Source: Candidatus Jordarchaeia archaeon
Lineage (GTDB): Archaea > Asgardarchaeota > Jordiarchaeia > Jordiarchaeales > Jordiarchaeaceae
Direction of reading: 5' to 3'
Assembly (NCBI GenBank): GCA_029856435.1
Contig: JAHQXB010000107.1
Location: 1 to 21,930, forward strand
Length of the DNA stretch: 21,930 nucleotides
The position numbers and the translations under genes are program-made. The notes under the pieces are model-generated. The model did not search any database. It was not told the DNA's origin and saw nothing but the letters and a program-made list of their open reading frames with translations. Positions 6,692 to 15,776 of the stretch are shown piece by piece (position 1 is the first letter of the stretch; each line of letters starts with the position of its first letter).

Positions 6692-7942
6692 ATGAATCTT
6701 GTTGGCTCTGGGATGTATGATTTGGATCTTCTTCTGGGCGGAGGATTCATAAGAGATGCACCTGTCCTACTGTTGACAGAGACTGGCGCGATGGGGGAGC
6801 TTCTTCCTCTACAAATCCTTAATAATAGGATTAGGGACGGGGATCTGGGTTTCATTTTTGATATGGACTTTCCGCCGGTGAGGATTCGAGAATGGTCCAA
6901 ATATTTTCAATGGAACCTAGAGGGTTTCGAGGGTGAGGGGAAGCTTTTCATTGTGGATGGATTCACAAACCTTTATGGTAGTTTGCCCACAGAGGAAAAG
7001 TATGTTGTGGAGAATCCCAGAGACATTGTGCATCTTGACTCCTATATTTACAATATGACTTCCCTCCTCCAAGGTTCAAAAGATATGTGCAGCGGTGTGC
7101 TATTCTTAAGTAACATTTTTTTGGCCAAGGGGCAGCAGCTCGACAAAATAATAAATCTCATTTATAAAACCAGAATGACTCTCAGCCAGTATGGGCTTCT
7201 GATTTTCGTCTTTAATAAAAGAATGATGGATGAAAAAACTCTGAGCAAGCTGGAACACGCATTCGATTACGTCATTGACCTCAAAGTCGTGGAGCAGGAT
7301 AATATTTTTCAAAAATATTTGAGGGTTGCCAAATCCCCACTAATAAACTATTTAAACGACATAGTGCCCTACGAGGTTGCTCCAAGCGGAATAAATTTGA
7401 GAACGGAAATAATGAGGGAATTTGAGAGCGTGAAGCAGATTCTAAAAATGAGGCATACCGGTGCCTTAGACCTCTTGGGAATCCAAATGACCATTATCCC
7501 CGCAGAAACATTTGAACTAATGTCCAAAATCCTAGTCGACAAAAAAAGTTATGAGGTAGGCTCCAATTTGCTCCACCAGTTAGGCAGGGACCTGGCGTAT
7601 TCAATCTCAAAAAACATCCAAAAAAAGTTCAAAATCGCCAATCTGGAAGAAGCGATTCTCCTAAACGCCCACATCTACACCCTCATGGGGCTCGGAGAAC
7701 TGATTGTTCAAGACTACAATAAAGAAAAAGGAACCCTGCTCCTCAGAATTAACAATTCACCAATATGCACCCCCCTAAAAAATGTGGGGAAAAAGACGGG
7801 GGCCCTCATAGAAGGCGCAATAGAGGGCGTAGCAGAAGCCTACACCCTGTCAAATTGCAAATGCGAAGAAACAAAATGCGTGGCACAAGGAGATGAATAC
7901 TGCGAATACCTAGTAACTTCCAAAATAAACAAAAAAACTTAG
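6692..7942 (+). CDS. KaiC/RAD55-like RecA-fold domain (degenerate Walker motifs) fused to a C-terminal V4R domain
   Basis: The N-terminus GSGMYDLDLLLGGGFIRDAPVLL, together with FIVDGF and LEHAFDYVIDL...YLRVAKSP, is typical of KaiC/RAD55. The C-terminus PICTP...IEGAIEG...CKCEETKCVAQGDEYCEY is the V4R signature. Confidence 0.85.
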   Translation: MNLVGSGMYDLDLLLGGGFIRDAPVLLLTETGAMGELLPLQILNNRIRDGDLGFIFDMDFPPVRIREWSKYFQWNLEGFEGEGKLFIVDGFTNLYGSLPTEEKYVVENPRDIVHLDSYIYNMTSLLQGSKDMCSGVLFLSNIFLAKGQQLDKIINLIYKTRMTLSQYGLLIFVFNKRMMDEKTLSKLEHAFDYVIDLKVVEQDNIFQKYLRVAKSPLINYLNDIVPYEVAPSGINLRTEIMREFESVKQILKMRHTGALDLLGIQMTIIPAETFELMSKILVDKKSYEVGSNLLHQLGRDLAYSISKNIQKKFKIANLEEAILLNAHIYTLMGLGELIVQDYNKEKGTLLLRINNSPICTPLKNVGKKTGALIEGAIEGVAEAYTLSNCKCEETKCVAQGDEYCEYLVTSKINKKT

Positions 7943-8180
7943 TCTAAAAGCAGATACACCAAGCTTCCAAAAAAGTCTCACTCCACATCCCATAATTTTC
8001 GCACTCTTACACCCCCCTAGTGGAGTTTTGGAACATATAATCAGGGTAGTGTCAATTATTAAGTAGAGGCATAAAAGAAAAAGTAAAGGTTCCCTTTTTT
8101 GTCAACCGCTAAAGATTAATTATCCACTAAATTTATTATGGTGTTCAACATTCTGTCGTTGCAAAAAGGTATCAGAGGGT

Positions 8181-9050
8181 ATGCTTTTGGAGTTTATAGA
8201 TGCGCATACACACATTGTTCCGGTTAAATTTTATGGTGAGGATTTGCTCAAAGCGGTGGCGAGCCTGATGAGGGTTGATCCCGAATTCTACAGGTCTATT
8301 TCCCAAAATCCGGATAACCTCATAAAATATATGGACGAACACTCAGTAAAGGCGCTGGTTATCATGTCTTATCCCGCACCGGACGTTATGGGATTTGGAG
8401 ATGAACAGGTGGATGAAGTGGCCCAATACGTGAGGGAACACCGGGATCGCTTACTCCAATTCGGATCAGTGAACCCCCGCTTAAACAAAAATCCACTACC
8501 TAGGCTGGAAGAGATTTACAGTAAATATGAGATAAGGGGATTAAAACTTCACCCAGTACATCAACTTGTTAAACCCAACGCTTACAGGCCAGAGGAGGGA
8601 AATATGAAGAGCTTGGAGCAGATATACCAGTTTGCCAGCGACCACGAACTGCCAATGCAGATACACACCGGCACCAGCATGTTTCCCAGGGCCCGAAACA
8701 AATTTGGAGACCCCATATTTCTGGACGAGTTGCCCCTAGATTTCCCCAAGATGAAAATAATACTGAGTCATGGAGGCAGACCCATATGGATGGAAACCTC
8801 CTTCTACCTCCTCAGGAGACACAGACAGATGCTATTCGACATCTCAAGTATACCACCCCATCGCCTGCTAGAATATTTTCCAAGGTTTGAAATGGTGGCG
8901 GACAAAGCCATATTTGGCAGCGATTGGCCAGGGCCTGGGGTGCAAAGCATACACGAGAACATACAGGAATTTTTGAAACTGCCTCTCTCCGAAGAAATAA
9001 AAAGAAAAGTGCTTTATGAAAACGCGGCGAAACTATTCGGAATAAAATAA
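8181..9050 (+). CDS. Metal-dependent amidohydrolase (Amidohydro_2 family, TIM barrel)
   Basis: Metal-ligand motifs IDAHTH, GLKLHP, IHTG, ILSHGG and IFGSDWP; C-terminal KVLYENAAKLF. Confidence 0.92.
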   Translation: MLLEFIDAHTHIVPVKFYGEDLLKAVASLMRVDPEFYRSISQNPDNLIKYMDEHSVKALVIMSYPAPDVMGFGDEQVDEVAQYVREHRDRLLQFGSVNPRLNKNPLPRLEEIYSKYEIRGLKLHPVHQLVKPNAYRPEEGNMKSLEQIYQFASDHELPMQIHTGTSMFPRARNKFGDPIFLDELPLDFPKMKIILSHGGRPIWMETSFYLLRRHRQMLFDISSIPPHRLLEYFPRFEMVADKAIFGSDWPGPGVQSIHENIQEFLKLPLSEEIKRKVLYENAAKLFGIK

Positions 9051-9052
9051 GT

Positions 9053-11314
9053 TTATTTTAAGTCGGGCACCAGCTCTCCGAATACTTGCTGGATATAGGC
9101 CAGTGATGCTAGGGCGCTGCCTGTTCCCCAGTCAAAAAATATGAAGCCGTGTGTTCTTCGGTCGTAACCCGTGTGGCCATAGTTTTCGTGTGTGGCACCA
9201 TAATCTGTGGGGTTGAGTCTTTTAATGTTTGCCGCTGCAACCTTTTCATTTTCTGGTATCACCATCAAGGTGAAGGATGCTCTGAGAGCGTAGGTTCCTC
9301 TTTCTCGGTATTCTTCTTCTCCGGTTAGTTTATAGTAGTCAAGGAGGGTGGGTGCGAAGAGTGCTTGGCGGCTGTCTGACCATTCCCCGTCTGTGTTCTG
9401 GCATCCGAAGCCGCCGAATGCGTAGAAGGATATGTATGGCGGGTTCCAAACTTGTTGGTATAGTAGGAGGAGGTCTAGTACACGTTTCCCATATTCCAAG
9501 TATTTCTTTTCTTTCGTAATTTTGTATGTTTCCTTGAGAGCCTCAGCGGTCCAGAAAATGCACATATTATTATTTGGGTACTGTTCCGTGAAACTGTCGT
9601 AGGTGTCCAGTGGCAGAATGGTGCAGGAGAAGAAGGTTTCGTAGTCCAGCCACAGGTTTCTTGGCACCACTTTTTCTATTATGAAGTCCATGCCCTTCCT
9701 TATAACGTTTACAATTGATTCGTCTCCCGTAAATTTGTACAGTTCAGCTAGGAAATAGACTGCTGCGCTGGTTCCTGTTGATTCCTTCAAATCCTCGTCG
9801 GGAACAAATTTTCCATCTTTAATTCTTATCCAGGTGGGGATGGCTCCCGAGGGCAACTGTTGCTTTTTTAGTGTTTCCCCCAGCCGTTTAGCTTTTTCAA
9901 GAAGCCTCTCATCCTTCTCCAGATTACTGTACCATTTAAGCATCCAGTAAGCGGTCCAGCACATATCAGGTATACAGTATGCGTCTGAGTAGTGGAAGCC
10001 TTTGGAGCCATTTATCCAGTTTATCCCATCCTTTGAGGGGAAACAGATCACAGAGAAGAACCCTTGATTTTCGGGCAGATTTAATGCCAGGTTCTTCATG
10101 AGTTTTGCTCGTTCCACCAATTTTTTGTCTCCCCACCTTTTCCCGAAATAGTATAGGCCGTAGGCGCTTCTAAAATTGCAGAACCAAGTCTGATTCCATA
10201 TCTCGCACCTCAACTCATCATGTAGGAGATCCTCAGAGTTTCTATCTAGGGTGTCCAGCAATTCCGCCCCAAAGTCGGGAAGAATTTTATTCATCCTGAA
10301 ACCTTCATCTATACTCTTGTTGAGCTCGTCAATTTTGGCGAACCGCTCATTGTCCACTTCCACATATTTTGCCAGGTTGTTCTTCCACTCCTGCCTATAG
10401 CTTCCCCCGCAACGCACACCGTTTAGCTCAAACTCCCTCCACATCTCCTCTTTTCTGAGGAAATAGTCAGCGCCATACCTAGCGTACCTGTCAAAAGGCA
10501 CAACTTGAGGAAGGGGGCTGGTCAAGTACTTGGCTGCGAATCTTTTCCAGAGGAAGCTCACCGGTTCCCTTAAACCGTCTATTAGATCTGCATTTCCTTG
10601 GAGATAAAGGTAGTAGCCGAATTTTGCTCTGCGGTTCCTAGAGTCTTCTAATTTAGTTTTAATTCCTTGGAACCTCACATGGTCTTGGGGCTTGTAGTTT
10701 TGGAATCCGTAAGCTATCCATGTCCAGTTATTCTGCTTTAATTTCTGCTCATAGTTAATGCAGGTTCTTAAACCACCATGGCCCTCAAGCAGCTCCACGT
10801 TGGGAATAAGACCCACTGAAACAGTTCCCTTCTGCAAATATACTAGGGGTGAGCGAAAAATATAATCCGCAATAACGTTTTCCTCCCTCAGTCTAACATG
10901 GGGAACCCACTTGCAATCATATTCTCCATCCGGATTAAACACTGCAAAAACACTGGAATAAATGTAGTCAAACTCGCTTAGCTCTTTAAACAATACATCG
11001 TTCTCAACATAACAATAGTTACCATCAAGAAGGGTTATAGTAGTCTCCACCTTGAGGTTTTCGTCCTCTCCAGACAGAACAATGGTCTTATCGTTCCTTT
11101 TCTGCGAATCGGAATACTTCAGGTGGAAAACCTTTCCACCGTTCTTATAAGAAAGGAAACCAAGCTCTGAAATCCCGCTAGAACTGGGACTCTCCAGCAC
11201 CCTAACCCAATTTTTTCCAGTACCTCTTATTAAAAAAACTAGGTGAACTAAACCCTTTTTCTCCGAAACATTCACCCTGACAAACTCGTTTTCCACAAAT
11301 ACTTCTCTGAGCAT
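9053..11314 (-). CDS. Hypothetical 753-aa protein: beta-rich N-terminus plus probable (alpha/alpha)6 six-hairpin glycosidase-like barrel
   Basis: Long uninterrupted ORF with repeated helical-hairpin motifs: YFLAELYKFTGDE, EALKETYKITKEKKYLEYG, LLDYYKLTGEEEYRERG, QQLPSGAIPTW. Substrate unknown. Confidence 0.75.
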   Translation of the reverse strand: MLREVFVENEFVRVNVSEKKGLVHLVFLIRGTGKNWVRVLESPSSSGISELGFLSYKNGGKVFHLKYSDSQKRNDKTIVLSGEDENLKVETTITLLDGNYCYVENDVLFKELSEFDYIYSSVFAVFNPDGEYDCKWVPHVRLREENVIADYIFRSPLVYLQKGTVSVGLIPNVELLEGHGGLRTCINYEQKLKQNNWTWIAYGFQNYKPQDHVRFQGIKTKLEDSRNRRAKFGYYLYLQGNADLIDGLREPVSFLWKRFAAKYLTSPLPQVVPFDRYARYGADYFLRKEEMWREFELNGVRCGGSYRQEWKNNLAKYVEVDNERFAKIDELNKSIDEGFRMNKILPDFGAELLDTLDRNSEDLLHDELRCEIWNQTWFCNFRSAYGLYYFGKRWGDKKLVERAKLMKNLALNLPENQGFFSVICFPSKDGINWINGSKGFHYSDAYCIPDMCWTAYWMLKWYSNLEKDERLLEKAKRLGETLKKQQLPSGAIPTWIRIKDGKFVPDEDLKESTGTSAAVYFLAELYKFTGDESIVNVIRKGMDFIIEKVVPRNLWLDYETFFSCTILPLDTYDSFTEQYPNNNMCIFWTAEALKETYKITKEKKYLEYGKRVLDLLLLYQQVWNPPYISFYAFGGFGCQNTDGEWSDSRQALFAPTLLDYYKLTGEEEYRERGTYALRASFTLMVIPENEKVAAANIKRLNPTDYGATHENYGHTGYDRRTHGFIFFDWGTGSALASLAYIQQVFGELVPDLK

Positions 11315-11585
11315 ACCTAAACCTCCAACACCTAAACGTCACTTCCAAAAAGTGAAAGTGCAATTACAAATACATTAAATTAAGTCCAAATTAATTAAAA
11401 ATTTTTCAGCACCACAAAACTCAAAACTTTTCAGCGGCCATAATCAACCTATTACTGAAAACTGCCTATGAGAAGATTTCCAATTCTCATGGAATACGTG
11501 AAGCGTTTCTATGAAAAAGGCTTTTTGACTAGTCGAAAAATTTTGTAAAATAGAATCCCCAGTTGTTTTTATTATTTGTTGGTGG

Positions 11586-12464
11586 TTAGAGATTGACTGC
11601 TCCGCAGTGTGGACACTTTCTATCAATTGACAGCACACGCCTCGTACAGTAGGGACAAATAGTTTCTTTGGGAACTAGAGATTTCCAAATTTCCTCCCGT
11701 TTTTCCATCTCCTTGGGCTCCACTTCATCATCCTTGGAGTACAGTGACTCTATTTCCTCACCAATAATGGTGGACTCCGCCTTTTCGCCTTCTTGAGGCG
11801 CAGAAGGGGGTTGGTTAGGTGGACTACTCTCTTTGGTTTTAGAAAAACTAATCCGGGGTGGAACAAATTTTATTTTGGACATTGATTTCACTACTTTTGT
11901 AATGGTTGAGGTTTCTGAGTGCTCCGGGCTGGACGGCTGCTCCAGGAGCGTACTTGTTCCTTGAGAAGCGATGATGCGCAATCTTTCCTCATAAATTTCT
12001 TTTACTGGTCTACCAGAGGACATTATTCCTGCGTCCGGAGCAGGCCTTTTTAGGGCTCTGGCCTTTTCTAAGCTCTCGGCAATTTCCTTTTTGGCTTTTT
12101 CAGGCAGGTTCTTGAATTCTATTACTGTTCTGCCCAGTTGTCCATGAGGCTTGAAAAGAATTACATTCTTAGTCAATCCGAAGGAAACCTTCTCTATTTT
12201 TTCTATCGCCAACTCTATGTATAAGGAGCGCTGCTTTTTTTCGACGCCCGGTATTGTTGGTGAGAGGATTCCCATGGCAAAATCGGGAGTAAACTCAGTA
12301 ATTAGAAAAACTCTGGACTCAGAAATTAAAAGACGAGCCAAAAAGCCTTCCGGAAAACCTAAAGCCTTCCTCTCAACATACCCTTCCCCATCCCAAAAGT
12401 CCAGTGGTTTACCCCAATCCACATTTACATAAACCTCGAATTCCCCCAGAAACTTCTCGTACAC
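11586..12464 (-). CDS. Hypothetical protein: possible PH-like N-domain, Pro/Ser/Glu-rich linker, C-terminal Zn ribbon
   Basis: GTG start with a purine-rich SD. C-terminal CPYC-x10-CPHC. Low-complexity linker (SSPPNQPPSAPQEGE). The N-terminal pattern RLLISESRVFL...IEKIEKV followed by a helix is PH-like (inference). Confidence 0.75.
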   Translation of the reverse strand: MYEKFLGEFEVYVNVDWGKPLDFWDGEGYVERKALGFPEGFLARLLISESRVFLITEFTPDFAMGILSPTIPGVEKKQRSLYIELAIEKIEKVSFGLTKNVILFKPHGQLGRTVIEFKNLPEKAKKEIAESLEKARALKRPAPDAGIMSSGRPVKEIYEERLRIIASQGTSTLLEQPSSPEHSETSTITKVVKSMSKIKFVPPRISFSKTKESSPPNQPPSAPQEGEKAESTIIGEEIESLYSKDDEVEPKEMEKREEIWKSLVPKETICPYCTRRVLSIDRKCPHCGAVNL

Positions 12465-12760
12465 TCTTGGTTCCTTCCTCGTCTGTTAAGTAAAACTATC
12501 AGAAACAAAGTATATTAATTTTTTCCGAAAAAAATTTCAATTAAACTACAAGACCCCATCAACCCTTTTTAGAGCAACACAAACTCCAGCCCCAATGCCC
12601 AAAAAGCATCCAACACAAAAAACTGAACCCTCACAACCAAAAAAAGGGAGAATAGAAGGGAAAGCCTACGAAAACTAGAGGAGTCACCATTTTTAAAATC
12701 TTTGTGTATTGGTGTGAGGAGAATTATCCGTTTAAAGGCTCAGTTTCCTCGGCGATCCTC

Positions 12761-13000
12761 CTACTCACTTTCTTGGTCTCTCTCGAATAAGAGGACGTGA
12801 TCATCAAAAGAATAGTGGCATTCAGTACAGTAGGGAACGTAGTGAACAAAGCCATCTACTTCCCTGTAGTAAACACCAATACTCCTACTCATACAGCTAG
12901 GACACTTCAGGTTTTTCAGCCTCTTTTCATTCTCCAACATCTTCAAACGCTCAATCTTATGATTTAGTATCCTTACCCTCTTAATCTTTATTTTATCCAT
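12761..13000 (-). CDS. Small Zn-ribbon protein (79 aa) with a basic helical N-terminus
   Basis: MDKIKIKRVRILNHKIERLKMLENEKRLKNLKCPSC...PYCTECHY. ATG 13000 has a GGGGCTGG SD-like element. The ORF track's longer start (13108) looks non-coding. Confidence 0.7.
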   Translation of the reverse strand: MDKIKIKRVRILNHKIERLKMLENEKRLKNLKCPSCMSRSIGVYYREVDGFVHYVPYCTECHYSFDDHVLLFERDQESE

Positions 13001-13450
13001 TTCAAACCAGCCCCCTACAATTGGGAAACTAAAGTTACGCTGGTTGGCAGTAGTAAAGCTCAAAAAGTAGGCCCCGCTTCTTCCTTCGCTCAAACAAAGT
13101 CTCAACACTACAGCAATATTAAGTAAAAAATAAAAATTTATAAATTTATGGTGTCCCCCTCAAAAATGGGGAAACATCAAAAAGCGAAAAAGTGCAAATC
13201 GCCACAAGAAAACACCACTATCTCAAAGGAGCGACAAGTAAAAGGTCTTCACCATCCACACATCTACCCATAAGCCAGCACAGTAACCCCCACAACAAAA
13301 AGGCTTCTCCTTTTATGTGGATTATTCTACCTGTAAGAGAAACCTTTTTTGCTGAAATAAAGAATCTTACCTTTTGAACTCAGCCAATTACACACATTGA
13401 GCGATGCTTACAACCGTTTAGTGTCCACATAAAAACATTTTTGGAGGATT

Positions 13451-13591
13451 TTAATAGTAGTAGACTTCTACCTTTTTTGCCTTCTTTTTGCGCTTTTTTT
13501 GCTTTGGTTTAATCCCCAACTGTTTCTGCACTTCTTTTGTTACCAACTTTTTTGCCGATTTTACTACTTCCTTTTTTACTTTTTCTTCCAT
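13451..13591 (-). CDS. Small lysine-rich protein, 46 aa (not in the ORF track)
   Basis: Manual translation gives MEEKVKKEVVKSAKKLVTKEVQKQLGIKPKQKKRKKKAKKVEVYYY*. Upstream on the minus strand are a GGGAG SD (13602-13606) and ggaaa-ATTATAAA BRE/TATA (13638-13645). Confidence 0.65.
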   Translation of the reverse strand: MEEKVKKEVVKSAKKLVTKEVQKQLGIKPKQKKRKKKAKKVEVYYY

Positions 13592-13833
13592 TTTAATTAT
13601 GCTCCCAGCTTTTCCCTAAATCTTTGAAATTCAGACTTTTATAATTTTCCAGGAACACAAAAATCGAGTCGAAGAATTAGTTTAATTATAGGAGGAAAAC
13701 ACTTCAGCACCGAATCACCCGGTTTCACTCCACCCTTCCAGTGGAAGTCTTCATTGTAATTCACACAGATAATTTTTGGGGATATATTTTTAGAGTCGGA
13801 AACTCACACTAGTTGTGTTAGAGGGATTACAAA

Positions 13834-14748
13834 ATGGTTGGTAGATCCCAAAGCCTTATGGATTCTGATGAGTTGCTTCATAGGCCTGATGAAAGGCAGA
13901 AATGGCGGGAATCCTATTACTTCAACTGGGTGGATGCTGAAAACAATGTTTCCGGCTTTACAACCATCGGAATACTGCCTAACGAGAAGAGAAGAGAATT
14001 CGTTTTCCTACTCTTCATAGACGACAAAATTGAGGTACATTATCAGGAGCCCCCACTGGAAAGCTACGTGGATGACATCAACAAAATGCTCACGGACAAC
14101 GTCCTCACGTACCAGCTGGTCAAACCATTCCAAACATGGAAAATACTATACATCACACCCAAACTAGAATTCAGGCTAACGTGGGAAACCCGCTTCCCCA
14201 CCTATGACTTCGGCAGAGACAGCTCAGCCTCCTGGCACGGCCACTTCGAAGCCTCAGGAAAAGTAAACGGCACCATAAAGTACAGTGATGGAACAAAAAG
14301 AAGCTTCAAAGGCTACGGGCAACGCGACAAAAGCTGGGGCTACAGAGACTGGCATCAATTCGACAAATGGTACGCCACACACATCCAGTTCCAAGACTGG
14401 AGCTGCGCCTTCCGAAAAGATCACCGAGGAAGCCGCATAGACCTATCCGGATCAGTATCCACAAAAAATGGAAACACACCTCTGGCAAAAGTGGAAATAG
14501 AAACCATCAACGACAATGACCAGTTCCAAACCCCACTCACATCCACATACCACATAACAGACATAAAAGGAAACAGCTACACAGTCAAATCCAAGCTACT
14601 AGGAAAAAACACCTACCTAAGATTCGCAAGAAACTTCCAAGGAGGATACACCGAACTCTTCGAACAAATGGTAATAATGGAATGCAAAGAAACCGGCGAA
14701 ACGGGAACAGGCATGACCGAATACCTCAGAACCATAAAAACAAAATAA
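13834..14748 (+). CDS. AttH / tocopherol-cyclase / lipocalin-like beta-barrel protein, function unknown
   Basis: Motifs WRESYYFNWVD, HFEASGKVNGTI and GYGQRDKSWGYRDW, and a terminal GETGTGMTEY, are typical of this two-barrel superfamily. Confidence 0.7.
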   Translation: MVGRSQSLMDSDELLHRPDERQKWRESYYFNWVDAENNVSGFTTIGILPNEKRREFVFLLFIDDKIEVHYQEPPLESYVDDINKMLTDNVLTYQLVKPFQTWKILYITPKLEFRLTWETRFPTYDFGRDSSASWHGHFEASGKVNGTIKYSDGTKRSFKGYGQRDKSWGYRDWHQFDKWYATHIQFQDWSCAFRKDHRGSRIDLSGSVSTKNGNTPLAKVEIETINDNDQFQTPLTSTYHITDIKGNSYTVKSKLLGKNTYLRFARNFQGGYTELFEQMVIMECKETGETGTGMTEYLRTIKTK

Positions 14749-14869
14749 CCGAACCCAAAAACCACTAAAAAATTAGGAAAAGAGAAAAAACGCCAAACAA
14801 AAAATGTGAGTACCCATCAACGAATAAAATTTGGAATTCCCCGAATAGGATTTTTGGTGTTACGCCGTC

Positions 14870-15739
14870 TCACCTCCTTGCAAATGCAACTGCCCCCAAA
14901 AGAATCATTACTCCAGCAAAGCCACCCAGTACAGCCAAGTCAAACCAGAGAGGAAACATGTTATTCCCAAGCAGTAATGAGCGAATAACATCGTACAGGA
15001 AAGTTGTTTGGCTAAAAGATATTATAGTGTGGCCTAGCAGAAGGCCTCTCATAGCATCCACAGCATAAGTTAAGGGATTAAGGTAGCCCAATGTTTGAAG
15101 CCAGCCCGGCGCGCTACTTATTGGGAAAAGGGCTCCGCTTGAAAAGAATAGAGGCAGGTTAACAAAATTCATAATTAAGCCAAAGGACTCCAATGTTTTC
15201 AGCCTGGAAGCAATAATTATACTCATACTCACAAAACCAATAGTAGTCAACAACATAATCGGCAAACAGGCCAGCATCATAACAGGCTGCACAGGGATGA
15301 AGAACACCGACAACACCAATACAATCGAAGCCTGAATCAACGCGTCAGTAGCTCCACCAAGCATCTTACCCGAAAAAACAGAAATCCTCTTTATGGGAGC
15401 AACAAGCATCTCCTTCAAAAACCCAAACTGCCGATCATAAATCACAGAAATCCCCAGAAAAACAGACGTAAAAAGAAGAGTCTGCGCAATAATACCTGGA
15501 AACATGTAGTTAATGTAGTTAATGCCACCCGACTGCCTAAAGAAACTGGAAAACCCAACACCGAACAACAACAGCCACACTATAGGAGCAGTAACCGCTG
15601 AAAAAATACGCATCTTATCCCTTAAATACCTCTTAACCTCCCTCAGCCACACAGCATAAACGCCACGCAACTCGGCAAACGTCTCACCACTAATTCTTCC
15701 CTCCGCAGTCAGCTTAGCCCTTACATTTTCCCTGCTCAT
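14870..15739 (-). CDS. ABC-2 type exporter permease (DrrB/NodJ-like)
   Basis: Six hydrophobic segments; DRQFGFLKEMLVAPI, PLFFSSGALFP and NPLTYAVDAMR motifs. Confidence 0.93.
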   Translation of the reverse strand: MSRENVRAKLTAEGRISGETFAELRGVYAVWLREVKRYLRDKMRIFSAVTAPIVWLLLFGVGFSSFFRQSGGINYINYMFPGIIAQTLLFTSVFLGISVIYDRQFGFLKEMLVAPIKRISVFSGKMLGGATDALIQASIVLVLSVFFIPVQPVMMLACLPIMLLTTIGFVSMSIIIASRLKTLESFGLIMNFVNLPLFFSSGALFPISSAPGWLQTLGYLNPLTYAVDAMRGLLLGHTIISFSQTTFLYDVIRSLLLGNNMFPLWFDLAVLGGFAGVMILLGAVAFARR

Positions 15740-15776
15740 ACCTTCACCTTCCTCACAAACCGTTCCTCTTCTTTCC

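Noticed and set aside
13134-13147. Perfect 14-bp palindrome aaatttataaattt, and similar ones at 4340 and 6616
   Set aside because: These are AT-only palindromes, expected for archaeal TATA boxes in AT-rich spacers.
13166-13377. Short plus-strand ORFs (35 aa from 13166; 61 aa from 13192)
   Set aside because: No SD or motif, and they are best explained by the local A/C-rich composition.
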